Of a stretch of 64,000 bases of DNA, positions 1-11,967 are shown one piece after another (position 1 is the first letter of the stretch; each line of letters opens with the position of its first letter). The position numbers and the translations under genes were made by a program. The stretch is from Bacteroidales bacterium. GTDB lineage: Bacteria; Bacteroidota; Bacteroidia; Bacteroidales; UBA4417. Below the pieces are notes generated by a model. It was not told where the DNA came from and ran no database searches. It saw only the letters and a list, made by a program, of their open reading frames with translations. The stretch is from positions 4,225-68,224 of the forward strand of contig JADJGZ010000014.1 of NCBI GenBank assembly GCA_016707785.1, given 5' to 3'.

Positions 1-1201
1 TTTGAATGAGTGAATTAGTCACTAATTCCTTAGCACTAAATACATAGACAGGAACCATTTGATTCACCTGGTATTCTGTTGTGAATCCGATCTTATCGAT
101 CCTATGACTGATCCCAAAGGCGTATTGGAATGGAAAACTGCTGCCGGATGTATCCGGTTCAATATTTGAGTAAACAAAATGGTTTTCTAATTGAGTATGA
201 AAGTTAGAATCAAGTGTACTCACAGAATCTCCATATACAGTTGGATAAAACCTGGAAAGAATGGAAGTGTATGTCTTATCATCCTGGAATGCGGTGGTTA
301 AGCGCTTATATTTAAAGGTATGCACGATTCTGCCTGCATTGAATTTCTTTGTCTGACTTTCTATAGAATCTGTTTTCGATGGGCCTTGTCGCTGCAAAGT
401 AAAATAATGCTGAAGCAGGATACCTGCATTTTTTGAGCGATTGCTGGCATTATTCAGGTTAACATTAATAGTCTTGCGGTTACTTTCAGTATTCTCCTGG
501 AAGACTGAATCATAGGTGATTCCTCCGTTTTCATAATTTTGCTGCCGATCGTTCAGGTATGCAGCCATCACTCCGTATCTCTTATCAGGCAGAACATACC
601 TGACTGTGAAATAGCCGGTAGCGTAATAAGCTCTCTGGCGCAGGTATAATCCCGGGGAGTTCTGGTATCTTGCATGCAATCCAAGAGTCAGCCCTTTTTT
701 TACCTGTTGACTGTGACTGAAAAGAAGCTGTTGTTCTTTAGCTTTCCCCATTACATAATGTAGCTCTGAAAAGGGTTTCTCGAGTTCATAAAACTTTATA
801 TTCTCTATTTGATATTGATAAACGTTGAAAGCATCCTTCCTGAAAGTCATTCCCATTGTACTGTTATCAGTGAAGGTAATGGGTGTAACGGCTGAGCCAA
901 CATTGCCTAGTGAGGCATAGGTCTGTTTATTTTTTTCAAGAACACTGTATTGATGAAAAGCGTGAAGGCCGGCAGTATAGGGCTTTTGAGTATAAGAAGC
1001 GTAAAGATTAAAGGTATATACGAGAGTTCTGGCGGTATCGGGACTCAGGGCTGATTTTTCCTTACTAGTCTCCTGGTTGGTGTTCTCAGATTCCTCCTCA
1101 CCTTCAGAACTTCCCTGCCGGAATTTATTAATCTGGGCATGAAGACTAAGCGTATACACCAGTAAGGGTAGGAGGGAGGCTATTTTCAGAAATTGTTTCA
1201 A
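1..1201 (-). CDS. Outer-membrane protein of unknown function, N-terminal ~400 codons (3' end lies beyond the window start); possibly the Bacteroidota 'putative porin' family
   Basis: Absent from the ORF track because there is no stop in the window. Hand translation of the minus strand from TTG at 1199-1201 gives LKQFLKIASLLPLLVYTLSLHAQ (signal peptide). The frame then stays open to position 1 and is Y/F/N/G-rich and beta-strand-like. The family name is from memory only. Confidence 0.5.
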   Translation of the reverse strand, partial: MKQFLKIASLLPLLVYTLSLHAQINKFRQGSSEGEEESENTNQETSKEKSALSPDTARTLVYTFNLYASYTQKPYTAGLHAFHQYSVLEKNKQTYASLGNVGSAVTPITFTDNSTMGMTFRKDAFNVYQYQIENIKFYELEKPFSELHYVMGKAKEQQLLFSHSQQVKKGLTLGLHARYQNSPGLYLRQRAYYATGYFTVRYVLPDKRYGVMAAYLNDRQQNYENGGITYDSVFQENTESNRKTINVNLNNASNRSKNAGILLQHYFTLQRQGPSKTDSIESQTKKFNAGRIVHTFKYKRLTTAFQDDKTYTSILSRFYPTVYGDSVSTLDSNFHTQLENHFVYSNIEPDTSGSSFPFQYAFGISHRIDKIGFTTEYQVNQMVPVYVFSAKELVTNSLIQ

Positions 1202-1362
1202 GGCTATAATCAGGAAGATGGAAGTTAATTAATTTTTACCTTGCAAAAATACCTAAAATCCTTCTAGTTATTGCAGTAATTAACTAACGTTATGTATTAT
1301 TGGAATTAGGTGGTTTCCTCCAGTATTTCCTCAGACGATACCCTGGGTTTTCAAATCCCGAA

Positions 1363-1497
1363 GGGAAATGCTGCCAGTATCAAATTTCCTGCAAGGAATC
1401 ATGTTCATTAAAGGATTCCCGAAGGGAATCATGTTCATCAAAGAATTCCCGCAGGGAAACCATCACCGGTAGGGATTCCCGAAGGGAATCAACATCA
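1363..1497. repeat. Five tandem copies (~28-30 bp spacing) of a short hairpin TTCCC-GAA/GCA-GGGAA (e.g. GGATTCCCGAAGGGAATC)
   Basis: Read directly. Copies start near 1363, 1384, 1413, 1443 and 1472, and copies 3 and 5 are identical. The array lies between the rrn terminator and the next gene. The track ORF 1300..1527 is only a translation of this array. Confidence 0.75.
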
Positions 1498-1502
1498 ATA
1501 AC

Positions 1503-1532
1503 AAAAAAAAACCCTGCCAGAGACTGACAGGG
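1503..1532 (-). terminator. Rho-independent terminator of the rRNA operon
   Basis: On the minus strand: CCCTGTCAG-TCT-CTGGCAGGG (9-bp stem) followed by a T-run of about 9, starting about 7 nt after the 5S 3' end. Confidence 0.75.
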
Positions 1533-1539
1533 TTATAAA

Positions 1540-1650
<111 letters not shown>

Positions 1651-1734
1651 GTTTTTAATATCTTAGGTTCTATAAAGAATTGACAAACACGAAAGAAAAT
1701 ACACAATTTATATTGATGAAATGCTTGACGTCAA

Positions 1735-4628
<2,894 letters not shown>

Positions 4629-4682
4629 GATGCTCGATGTCAATTATAAACATCAATCTAATTTATGTATTTTCTTTCAGTA

Positions 4683-4694
4683 TGTCAAAGAACG
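4683..4694 (-). promoter_or_regulatory. boxA-like antitermination box in the 16S-23S spacer (copy next to 23S)
   Basis: The minus strand reads CGTTCTTTGACA. Compare the E. coli rrn boxA TGCTCTTTAACAA and the Gram-positive form TGTTCTTTGAAAA. Confidence 0.45.
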
Positions 4695-4771
4695 TAGTGA
4701 TTTCGGATTTTTGAATTCGGATTTCGGATTTTTAAAGTCCTATATTCGAAATTCGCGATCCACAATCGACT

Positions 4772-4817
4772 TGTGGAGAATAAGGAGTCGAACCCTTGAT
4801 CTGTCGTTTGACAGATC
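4772..4817 (-). pseudogene. tRNA-Ala 3' remnant (T-arm plus acceptor 3' strand only)
   Basis: The minus strand reads GATCTGTCAAACGACAGATCAAGGGTTCGACTCCTTATTCTCCACA. It matches the T-arm and 3' end of the neighbouring tRNA-Ala, but there is no 5' acceptor strand or D-arm. Confidence 0.55.
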
Positions 4818-4834
4818 TTCCAAAATTTCCAGCA

Positions 4835-4846
4835 TGTTAAAGAACG
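4835..4846 (-). promoter_or_regulatory. boxA-like box in the spacer (copy next to tRNA-Ala)
   Basis: The minus strand reads CGTTCTTTAACA, a 10/12 match to E. coli boxA TGCTCTTTAACA. Confidence 0.45.
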
Positions 4847-4915
4847 TTGTGATTTCGGATTTTTGATTTCGGATTGCGGATTTAATAAATCCAAAATTCG
4901 CAATCCACAATCCAA

Positions 4916-5012
4916 TGGTGGAGAATAAGGGATTCGAACCCTTGACCCCTAGCTTGCCCGGGGGGCGTTAGTGCAAAGCTAGTGCTCTAGTCAACAACTG
5001 AGCTAATCCCCC
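4916..5012 (-). tRNA. tRNA-Ala(UGC)-like gene, 97 nt and aberrant (17-nt insertion after the anticodon loop, oversized D-loop)
   Basis: The minus strand reads GGGGGAT TA GCTC AGTTGTTGACTA GAGC A CTAGC TTTGCAC [TAACGCCCCCCGGGCAA] GCTAG GGGTC AAGGG TTCGAAT CCCTT ATTCTCC ACCA. The G3:U70 pair, UGC anticodon, T-arm and encoded CCA are canonical. The D-loop is 12 nt and lacks the GG pair. Confidence 0.7.
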
Positions 5013-5024
5013 AAAACGACTGTG

Positions 5025-5098
5025 TAGTCCCGCGCAGAGTTGAACTGCGGACCCCTACATTATCAGTGTAGTGCTCTAACCAACTGAGCTACGGGACT
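5025..5098 (-). tRNA. tRNA-Ile(GAU)
   Basis: The minus strand reads AGTCCCG TA GCTC AGTTGGTTA GAGC A CTACA CTGATAA TGTAG GGGTC CGCAG TTCAACT CTGCG CGGGACT A. This is a full cloverleaf at the canonical spacer position. Confidence 0.9.
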
Positions 5099-5224
5099 AT
5101 TAATTCCTTTTCCCTCAGGGCAGCGCCCTCACTCACTCGCTTGGGTTAACAATAAAAACATGAAGTCAACACAGTAGTGAATATCCTTCCCGTCATTACT
5201 GACGGGACCAGAATAAATCACTCT

Positions 5225-6748
<1,524 letters not shown>

Positions 6749-6832
6749 GTAAGTTGATCTTAAATGTCTCAAGAAATATTCTACTCTTTTCTAATTGAAA
6801 AGGGATATTCGCTACTGTGTGATTGACTTCAG

Positions 6833-6846
6833 TTTTTCAAAGAACG
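6833..6846 (-). promoter_or_regulatory. boxA-like box in the rrn leader
   Basis: The minus strand reads CGTTCTTTGAAAAA. It lies about 90 nt upstream of the 16S 5' end and downstream of promoter box P1. Confidence 0.45.
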
Positions 6847-6946
6847 TTTGACTTATATTTTGCCGTTGCCGGCTTTGTCATTCAATTTCTAATTCCCAAC
6901 TTTTTCTTACCGACCCCTTTTGGGACCGTTTTTTGTTTTGGGACTG

Positions 6947-6954
6947 CAAAGGTA
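6947..6954 (-). promoter_or_regulatory. Bacteroidota -7 promoter box (rrn P1)
   Basis: The minus strand reads TAccTTTGCAGTCCC, an exact match to the TAnnTTTG consensus, about 200 nt upstream of 16S. Confidence 0.5.
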
Positions 6955-7005
6955 ATAATCTTTTTTATTCCCACAACACTTTTTATAAAAAAAATGTTAA
7001 CAATT

Positions 7006-7017
7006 TTTTAAAGAACG
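7006..7017 (-). promoter_or_regulatory. Second boxA-like box in the rrn leader
   Basis: The minus strand reads CGTTCTTTAAAA, just downstream of promoter box P2. Confidence 0.4.
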
Positions 7018-7039
7018 TTGGTTGTTTTCAAATGGGCTG

Positions 7040-7047
7040 CAAATGTA
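7040..7047 (-). promoter_or_regulatory. Bacteroidota -7 promoter box (rrn P2)
   Basis: The minus strand reads TAcaTTTGCAGCCC, an exact TAnnTTTG match. Confidence 0.45.
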
Positions 7048-7198
7048 TAACGATGTTTTGAATTGACCAAATAATTTGTGAAAAAAAATCAAAAATCTTT
7101 TAGTCTCCATATTTTCAGTGTTTTATGATTAAAACTTCTGAAACCCTCATCAATAGCGACTTGCAAACCTTCAATGAACTTGTGCTGTAAAGCGGGTG

Positions 7199-7206
7199 CA
7201 AAAGTA
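7199..7206 (-). promoter_or_regulatory. Bacteroidota -7 promoter box (rrn P3)
   Basis: The minus strand reads TActTTTGCACCCG, an exact TAnnTTTG match. Confidence 0.4.
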
Positions 7207-7318
7207 GAAAGATTTTTTATATATCCTACAACTATTTTAAAAAAAAATAAATATATTTTTTAAGTAACAGTGAATCAGTTAAATATGCTTAAAAATATTT
7301 TTGATTATCATAAATCTA

Positions 7319-7326
7319 TACTTTTG
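7319..7326 (+). promoter_or_regulatory. -7 promoter box for the 7371 gene
   Basis: TActTTTG lies 45 nt upstream of the ATG. A second exact box, TAttTTTG, is at 7296-7303. Confidence 0.4.
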
Positions 7327-7370
7327 AAGTTATTATTAAACCATCTATATCCTTCTATCTGCATGATCAT

Positions 7371-7952
7371 ATGAAGACATTCAGTACAACATTAAAATTC
7401 CCATCACTCATTATCATAGCCCTCTTATCAGGACTTTTAGCGTATTCTCAAACCCAGGATCCAGTCCTTATAGAAACAGAACCCCGAAAACCCTGGACTG
7501 AACGATTATTCTATGGCGGATCCCTGGGATTGCAATTCGGGTCTGTTACACTTGTTGATATTTCTCCTTTAATAGGGTATAAACTAACTCCCCGCATCGG
7601 CGTTGGTGTTAGCCCTACCTATAAGTATTATCGTTTCCGGAACTACTACGGACAATCCTATGATTTGAAAACAAATGTAATTGGAGGTAGTCTATTCGGA
7701 CGTGTCCTGATCCTTGAAAGTATTTTTGCCCATGCAGAATATGAATACCTGACCTATAAATCAAAGGACTTAGCAGTCTCATCTGTCTCTGTCAGGAATG
7801 AATATAACTCAGTACTGGTTGGTGCAGGTTACAGGGAACCTATTTCTTCCAATGGGTATATGTACTTATTGTTACTCTGGAATCTGAACGAAACCATAGA
7901 TTCTCCCTATACTAATCCGATTATAAGGGCAGGTTTTAGTATTGGATTCTGA
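7371..7952 (+). CDS. Small outer-membrane beta-barrel protein, function unknown
   Basis: Signal peptide (MKTFSTTLKFPSLIIIALLSGLLAYSQ), alternating aromatic/Gly beta-strand pattern, and a C-terminal ...GFSIGF ending in Phe. Confidence 0.6.
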   Translation: MKTFSTTLKFPSLIIIALLSGLLAYSQTQDPVLIETEPRKPWTERLFYGGSLGLQFGSVTLVDISPLIGYKLTPRIGVGVSPTYKYYRFRNYYGQSYDLKTNVIGGSLFGRVLILESIFAHAEYEYLTYKSKDLAVSSVSVRNEYNSVLVGAGYREPISSNGYMYLLLLWNLNETIDSPYTNPIIRAGFSIGF

Positions 7953-8018
7953 CATGATTTCTTCATACCTATTATATATAGGTATAAAATCTCGAAAAAG
8001 ATAAAGGGTGAGTCCCGA

Positions 8019-9482
8019 TTATTTCTTTACCGGAATATTACGCAGTACTTCCAGGGTAAGATCCCAGAATTTTCCTACGGTCGAAATCAGCAGGCGTTCA
8101 TCTGGTGAATGAGCACCTTTGATTGTAGGGCCATAAGAAATCATATCCATCTCAGGATACTGTTCACCAATCAAGCCACATTCCAGCCCTGCATGTATAG
8201 CCAGGACCTTAGGTTCTGTCTTGAATAGTTGCTCATAAGCATTCCTGGTGATATCCAGAACCGGAGAGGTTGGATTGGGTGTCCATCCAGGATAACCATC
8301 GCTATGCACAATCTTAGCACCTGCTAGTCGGAAAACACTCACAACCATGCTTACCACATCATCCTTTCCGCTTTCAGAGGAGCTACGCTGACTTGTACCT
8401 ATAATAATCTGTTTGTCGTTGAATTTTACCGATGCCAGGTTGGTAGAGGTTTCTACGAAATTTGGTATATCGGCTGACATGGCAATAACTCCATGAGGGC
8501 AAGCATACAGGGAGTTAAGTAACCTTTCCTGTGACGAAAGATCCATCACAAAAGAAGGCATTTCAGTGGATTGATAACTTACAAGGAGTCCCGGCTCAGT
8601 AGTCTTGAATTCAGCTTTTATAGTTGCATTAAATTCCTTTACACACTTAATGAACTCATTCTGAAATCGTTTGGGTACAGTAACTGTGGCAAAAGCTTCC
8701 CTTGAAATGGCATTTCTAAGATTACCTCCGTCAAAAGAGGAGATACGCATTTCGTATTTATTGCTGGCATTCCATAATAACCTGTTCAGGATTTTATTGG
8801 CATTACCCAGTCCTTTATTTATATCGTCTCCTGAGTGACCACCTTTCAGTCCTGTTACCTTTACAAGGAATCCACCACAATCATAGTTCACCGGTACCTT
8901 TGAAAAGGTAAAAGTGATCGTAGTATCTTTTCCCCCGGCACATCCAATAAATAATTCTCCTTCATCTTCTGAGTCAAGGTTCAATAGGATATTCCCTTTC
9001 AGAAATCCAGGACGTAGCCCTTTGGCACCGGTTAGCCCGGTTTCCTCATCAACAGTGAAAAGGAATTCAAGCGGACCATGTTCGAGGGATTTGTCTTCCA
9101 TTATGGCCAGTTGTGCGGCAATCCCAATGCCATCGTCAGCACCAAGGGTTGTCCCCATGGCTTTAACCCATTCTCCTTCAACACGAGGTACAATAGGATC
9201 TTTCTCGAAATCATGATAAGTGTCAGAATTTTTCTCACAAACCATGTCAATATGACTCTGCAGAACTACAACCTCAAGGTTTTCATACCCTTTTGATGCA
9301 CCTTTTCTGACAAGTATATTCCCGGTTTCGTCTGTCAAACATTCCAAACCAAGTTCATTGGCTACCGATTGTATATAGGCTGAAATCTTTTCTTCCTTTT
9401 TGGAAGGACGGGGAACCTTGCAAATCTGATCAAAATATTTCCAGATCAATTCCGGGTATAGGCCTTTGAAAACATCATTCAT
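8019..9482 (-). CDS. pepD: Aminoacyl-histidine (Xaa-His) dipeptidase, M20C family
   Basis: 487 aa. Motifs seen: HIDMV, GADDGIGIA, DEETGLTGA and a C-terminal GLECG...GPTIKGAHSPDERL, all typical of PepD. Confidence 0.9.
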   Translation of the reverse strand: MNDVFKGLYPELIWKYFDQICKVPRPSKKEEKISAYIQSVANELGLECLTDETGNILVRKGASKGYENLEVVVLQSHIDMVCEKNSDTYHDFEKDPIVPRVEGEWVKAMGTTLGADDGIGIAAQLAIMEDKSLEHGPLEFLFTVDEETGLTGAKGLRPGFLKGNILLNLDSEDEGELFIGCAGGKDTTITFTFSKVPVNYDCGGFLVKVTGLKGGHSGDDINKGLGNANKILNRLLWNASNKYEMRISSFDGGNLRNAISREAFATVTVPKRFQNEFIKCVKEFNATIKAEFKTTEPGLLVSYQSTEMPSFVMDLSSQERLLNSLYACPHGVIAMSADIPNFVETSTNLASVKFNDKQIIIGTSQRSSSESGKDDVVSMVVSVFRLAGAKIVHSDGYPGWTPNPTSPVLDITRNAYEQLFKTEPKVLAIHAGLECGLIGEQYPEMDMISYGPTIKGAHSPDERLLISTVGKFWDLTLEVLRNIPVKK

Positions 9483-9507
9483 GACTATTTATTATATGAA
9501 GTTGGCA

Positions 9508-9515
9508 CAAATATA
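9508..9515 (-). promoter_or_regulatory. -7 promoter box upstream of pepD
   Basis: The minus strand reads TAtaTTTG, 26 nt upstream of the start codon. Confidence 0.35.
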
Positions 9516-9599
9516 TGTTATTATTTAAAAGATTGATTTTCTTTCGACCAAGTTCTTTAAAAAAATATACCGAATTGGTAATAATTTTAGGTTATTGGG

Positions 9600-10245
9600 T
9601 TTCTAAAGAGTGCTGAGTGCGGGGGTGCAGGGGAGTGCCGGTGCTGAGTGCGAGTGCGGTGCGGCTGAGTGCCCGAGGAAGCCTGTGGCCTGGATGGGGC
9701 GGGCGGTGCCGGGGTGCCGGGTGCGGAGTGCGGTGCCCGGGGCCGGCTGAGGAAGGGGAGCCTTTGGCTCTGAGTGTTTGGTCATTTCCAAGGTTCCGAC
9801 ATCCGACATCAAACATCCGACATCCGACATCAAACATTCAGGTGCCGGAGTGCCGATGTGCCGATGTGCCGATGTGCCGAGGTGCCGAGGTGCCGGAGTA
9901 CTGAGTGCCGAAGGGAAGCCTTTGGCTCTGAGTGTCCCGAAGGGAAGCCTGTGGCTCTGAGTGTTTGGTCATTTCCAAGGATCCGACATCCGACATCCGA
10001 CATCCGACATCAAACATCCGACATCAAACATCCGACATCAAATTGTGCCGGAGTGCCGATGTGCCGAGTGCTGAGTGGGTGCTCAAATCCAGATCCGACA
10101 TCGAATGCTCAAACATCCGACATCAAGTGCCATGTGCTGACAAATCAAGGTCAAATCCGAAATCCGAAATCCGAAATCCGACATCAAACATCCGACATCA
10201 AACATCCGACATCAAACATCCGACATCAAACATCCGACATTAGGA
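9600..10245. repeat. GC-rich mosaic of short tandem 'word' repeats plus hairpins that fills the rpe-pepD intergenic region
   Basis: Runs of (CATCCGA)/(CATCAAA) heptads, (GTGCCGAT/G) octads, (AAATCCG) heptads and GAGTGC/GGTGC G-rich words. The hairpin GAGCCTTTGGCTC appears at 9758, about 9917 and about 9945. There is a ~185-bp higher-order duplication (9751-9908 vs 9936-10083). Confidence 0.85.
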
Positions 10246-10896
10246 TCAGAATGCTTTCAACTGATCAATGGCAGCGAGAGGATCAGGACTGGAGAATACG
10301 GCATTGCCGGCGACGAGAACATTAACCCCTGTTTCAACGAGTTCCCTGGCATTGCTGAGATCAACACCGCCATCCAGTTCAATTAAGGTTGAGAGTTGCC
10401 TCTCATCGATCATATTTTTCAACTTCCTTACTTTATTTAAGGAGGAAGGAATGAATTTTTGTCCCCCAAAACCTGGATTCACGCTCATGATTAGCACCAT
10501 ATCCAGATCAGGAAGGATTTCTTCCAATACTGAAACAGGAGTATGTGGATTGAGTGCAACCGCAGCTTTGACACCTAGTTCCTTAACGGCCTGAATCGAA
10601 CGATGTAAATGAACTGACGCTTCATAGTGAAAACTGATAATATCGGCACCTGCATCCACAAACTCTTTGAAATACCTCTCTGGTTGGGTAATCATGAGAT
10701 GCACATCAAGGGGTTTGCTTGTAAGTCTTCTTATAGCTTTTATGAAATGAAATCCAAAAGTGATATTTGGGACAAAAACTCCGTCCATAATATCAAGGTG
10801 AATCCAATCGGCATTGCTTTTATTCAGCATTCCCATTGCATTTTCAAGGTTCCTGAAATCAGCAGTTAAGATGGAGGGTGCCAGAAGGTGTTTCAT
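10246..10896 (-). CDS. rpe: Ribulose-phosphate 3-epimerase
   Basis: 216 aa. Motifs seen: PSILTADF, HLDIMDG.FVPN, DVHLM, MSVNPGFGGQKFI and ELDGG. Confidence 0.92.
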   Translation of the reverse strand: MKHLLAPSILTADFRNLENAMGMLNKSNADWIHLDIMDGVFVPNITFGFHFIKAIRRLTSKPLDVHLMITQPERYFKEFVDAGADIISFHYEASVHLHRSIQAVKELGVKAAVALNPHTPVSVLEEILPDLDMVLIMSVNPGFGGQKFIPSSLNKVRKLKNMIDERQLSTLIELDGGVDLSNARELVETGVNVLVAGNAVFSSPDPLAAIDQLKAF

Positions 10897-10942
10897 GAAG
10901 GTAGATTGAAAATGAACTTGGTGAATAAAGCAGAAGTTGAAA

Positions 10943-10950
10943 CAAATATA
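10943..10950 (-). promoter_or_regulatory. -7 promoter box upstream of rpe
   Basis: The minus strand reads TAtaTTTG, 47 nt upstream of the ATG, abutting the rpoD terminator T-run. Confidence 0.35.
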
Positions 10951-10979
10951 AAAAAAAAGAGCGGAGAAGATCCGCTCTG
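10950..10979 (-). terminator. Rho-independent terminator after rpoD
   Basis: The minus strand reads AGAGCGGA-TCTTC-TCCGCTCT followed by T9, 5 nt after the stop codon. Confidence 0.8.
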
Positions 10980-10983
10980 CATA

Positions 10984-11847
10984 TTATCCAAGGTAAGTTT
11001 TGAGGATTTTGCTTCTGGAGGTATGTTTCAACCTGCGAATGGCTTTTTCCTTGATTTGTCTGACTCTTTCCCGGGTGAGGTCGAATTTCTCACCTATTTC
11101 TTCAAGGGTAAGCGGATGGCTGCCATTGAGTCCGAAATAGAGTTTGATCACGTCGGCTTCACGTGGGGTGAGGGTGCTGATGGCCCTGTCAATTTCCTTG
11201 CGGAGTGATTCGTAGAGAAGTCCGGTTTCCGGTGTTGGGCCGTCTTCGCTTCTCAGCACATCATACATAGTGTTATCTTCATCCTGCACGAGTGGGGCAT
11301 CCATTGATACATGCCGGCCTGAGTTGCGCATGGATTCCTTTACTTCATTTTCGCTGATTTCAAGGAGAACTGCTATTTCGTCGCTGTTGGGTTCACGCTC
11401 GTATTGCTGTTCAAGTTTGGCATAAGCCTTATTGATTTTGTTTATGGCACCAATTTTATTAAGGGGTAGCCTAACGATACGTGATTGTTCAGCAAGTGCC
11501 TGAAGGATGGATTGACGAATCCACCATACAGCATAGGAGATAAACTTGAATCCGCGGGTTTCATCAAAACGCTGTGCAGCTTTGATTAAGCCAAGGTTTC
11601 CTTCATTAATAAGATCCGGGAGACTTAGCCCCTGGTTCTGGTATTGCTTGGAAACGGAAACAACAAAACGGAGATTGGCTTTGGTTAATTTTTCAAGAGC
11701 AGCACGATCACCTTGTTTAATTCGCTGAGCAAGCCGTACTTCTTCTTCAGCAGTGATCAGTTCTACTTTCCCTATTTCCTGGAGATACTTATCGAGCGAT
11801 GCAGTTTCGCGATTTGTAACCTGCTTTGTAATTTTGAGTTGCCTCAT
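10984..11847 (-). CDS. rpoD: Primary RNA polymerase sigma factor (Bacteroidota short sigma-70 type)
   Basis: 287 aa. Region 2 ([35 protein letters not shown]), region 3 and region 4.2 ([23 protein letters not shown]) are all seen. Confidence 0.9.
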   Translation of the reverse strand: MRQLKITKQVTNRETASLDKYLQEIGKVELITAEEEVRLAQRIKQGDRAALEKLTKANLRFVVSVSKQYQNQGLSLPDLINEGNLGLIKAAQRFDETRGFKFISYAVWWIRQSILQALAEQSRIVRLPLNKIGAINKINKAYAKLEQQYEREPNSDEIAVLLEISENEVKESMRNSGRHVSMDAPLVQDEDNTMYDVLRSEDGPTPETGLLYESLRKEIDRAISTLTPREADVIKLYFGLNGSHPLTLEEIGEKFDLTRERVRQIKEKAIRRLKHTSRSKILKTYLG

Positions 11848-11909
11848 AGTATTTACTGGTTGTTGGCGATGAGTTGTACGAAAAAACCTTAACTAAGGTT
11901 CCAAAAAAA

Positions 11910-11960
11910 CCTGAAAAAAATAAAAGTTTCTGTCCCGGGTCTATTTTTCAGACCCGGGAC
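11910..11960 (-). terminator. Terminator after pnp
   Basis: The minus strand has a 10-bp stem GTCCCGGGTC / GACCCGGGAC (11932-11960) followed by a T-rich tract (ACTTTTATTTTTTT). Confidence 0.65.
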
Positions 11961-11967
11961 TTGACCT

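Larger units (their letters stand above)
4683..4947. repeat. About 152-bp tandem duplication inside the 16S-23S spacer (boxA-like box + CGGATTT-type simple repeats + tRNA-Ala 3' end)
   Basis: 4683-4801 and 4835-4947 align by eye: t[c/t]aaagaacgt[a/t]gtgatttcggattttt ... attcgc[g/a]atccacaatc ... tggagaataagg ... tcgaacccttga. Confidence 0.7.

Noticed and set aside
1300-1527. Track ORF of 75 aa (…DSRRESCSSKNSRRETITGRDSRRES…)
   Set aside because: It is only the translation of the tandem TTCCC-GAA-GGGAA hairpin array downstream of the rrn terminator, and its periodic peptide mirrors the DNA repeat.
9592-10325. Six overlapping track ORFs with RHPTSDI / CRCADVP-type periodic peptides
   Set aside because: They are translations of heptamer/octamer DNA repeats in all frames and on both strands. 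There is no start context, and the last one runs antisense into rpe.
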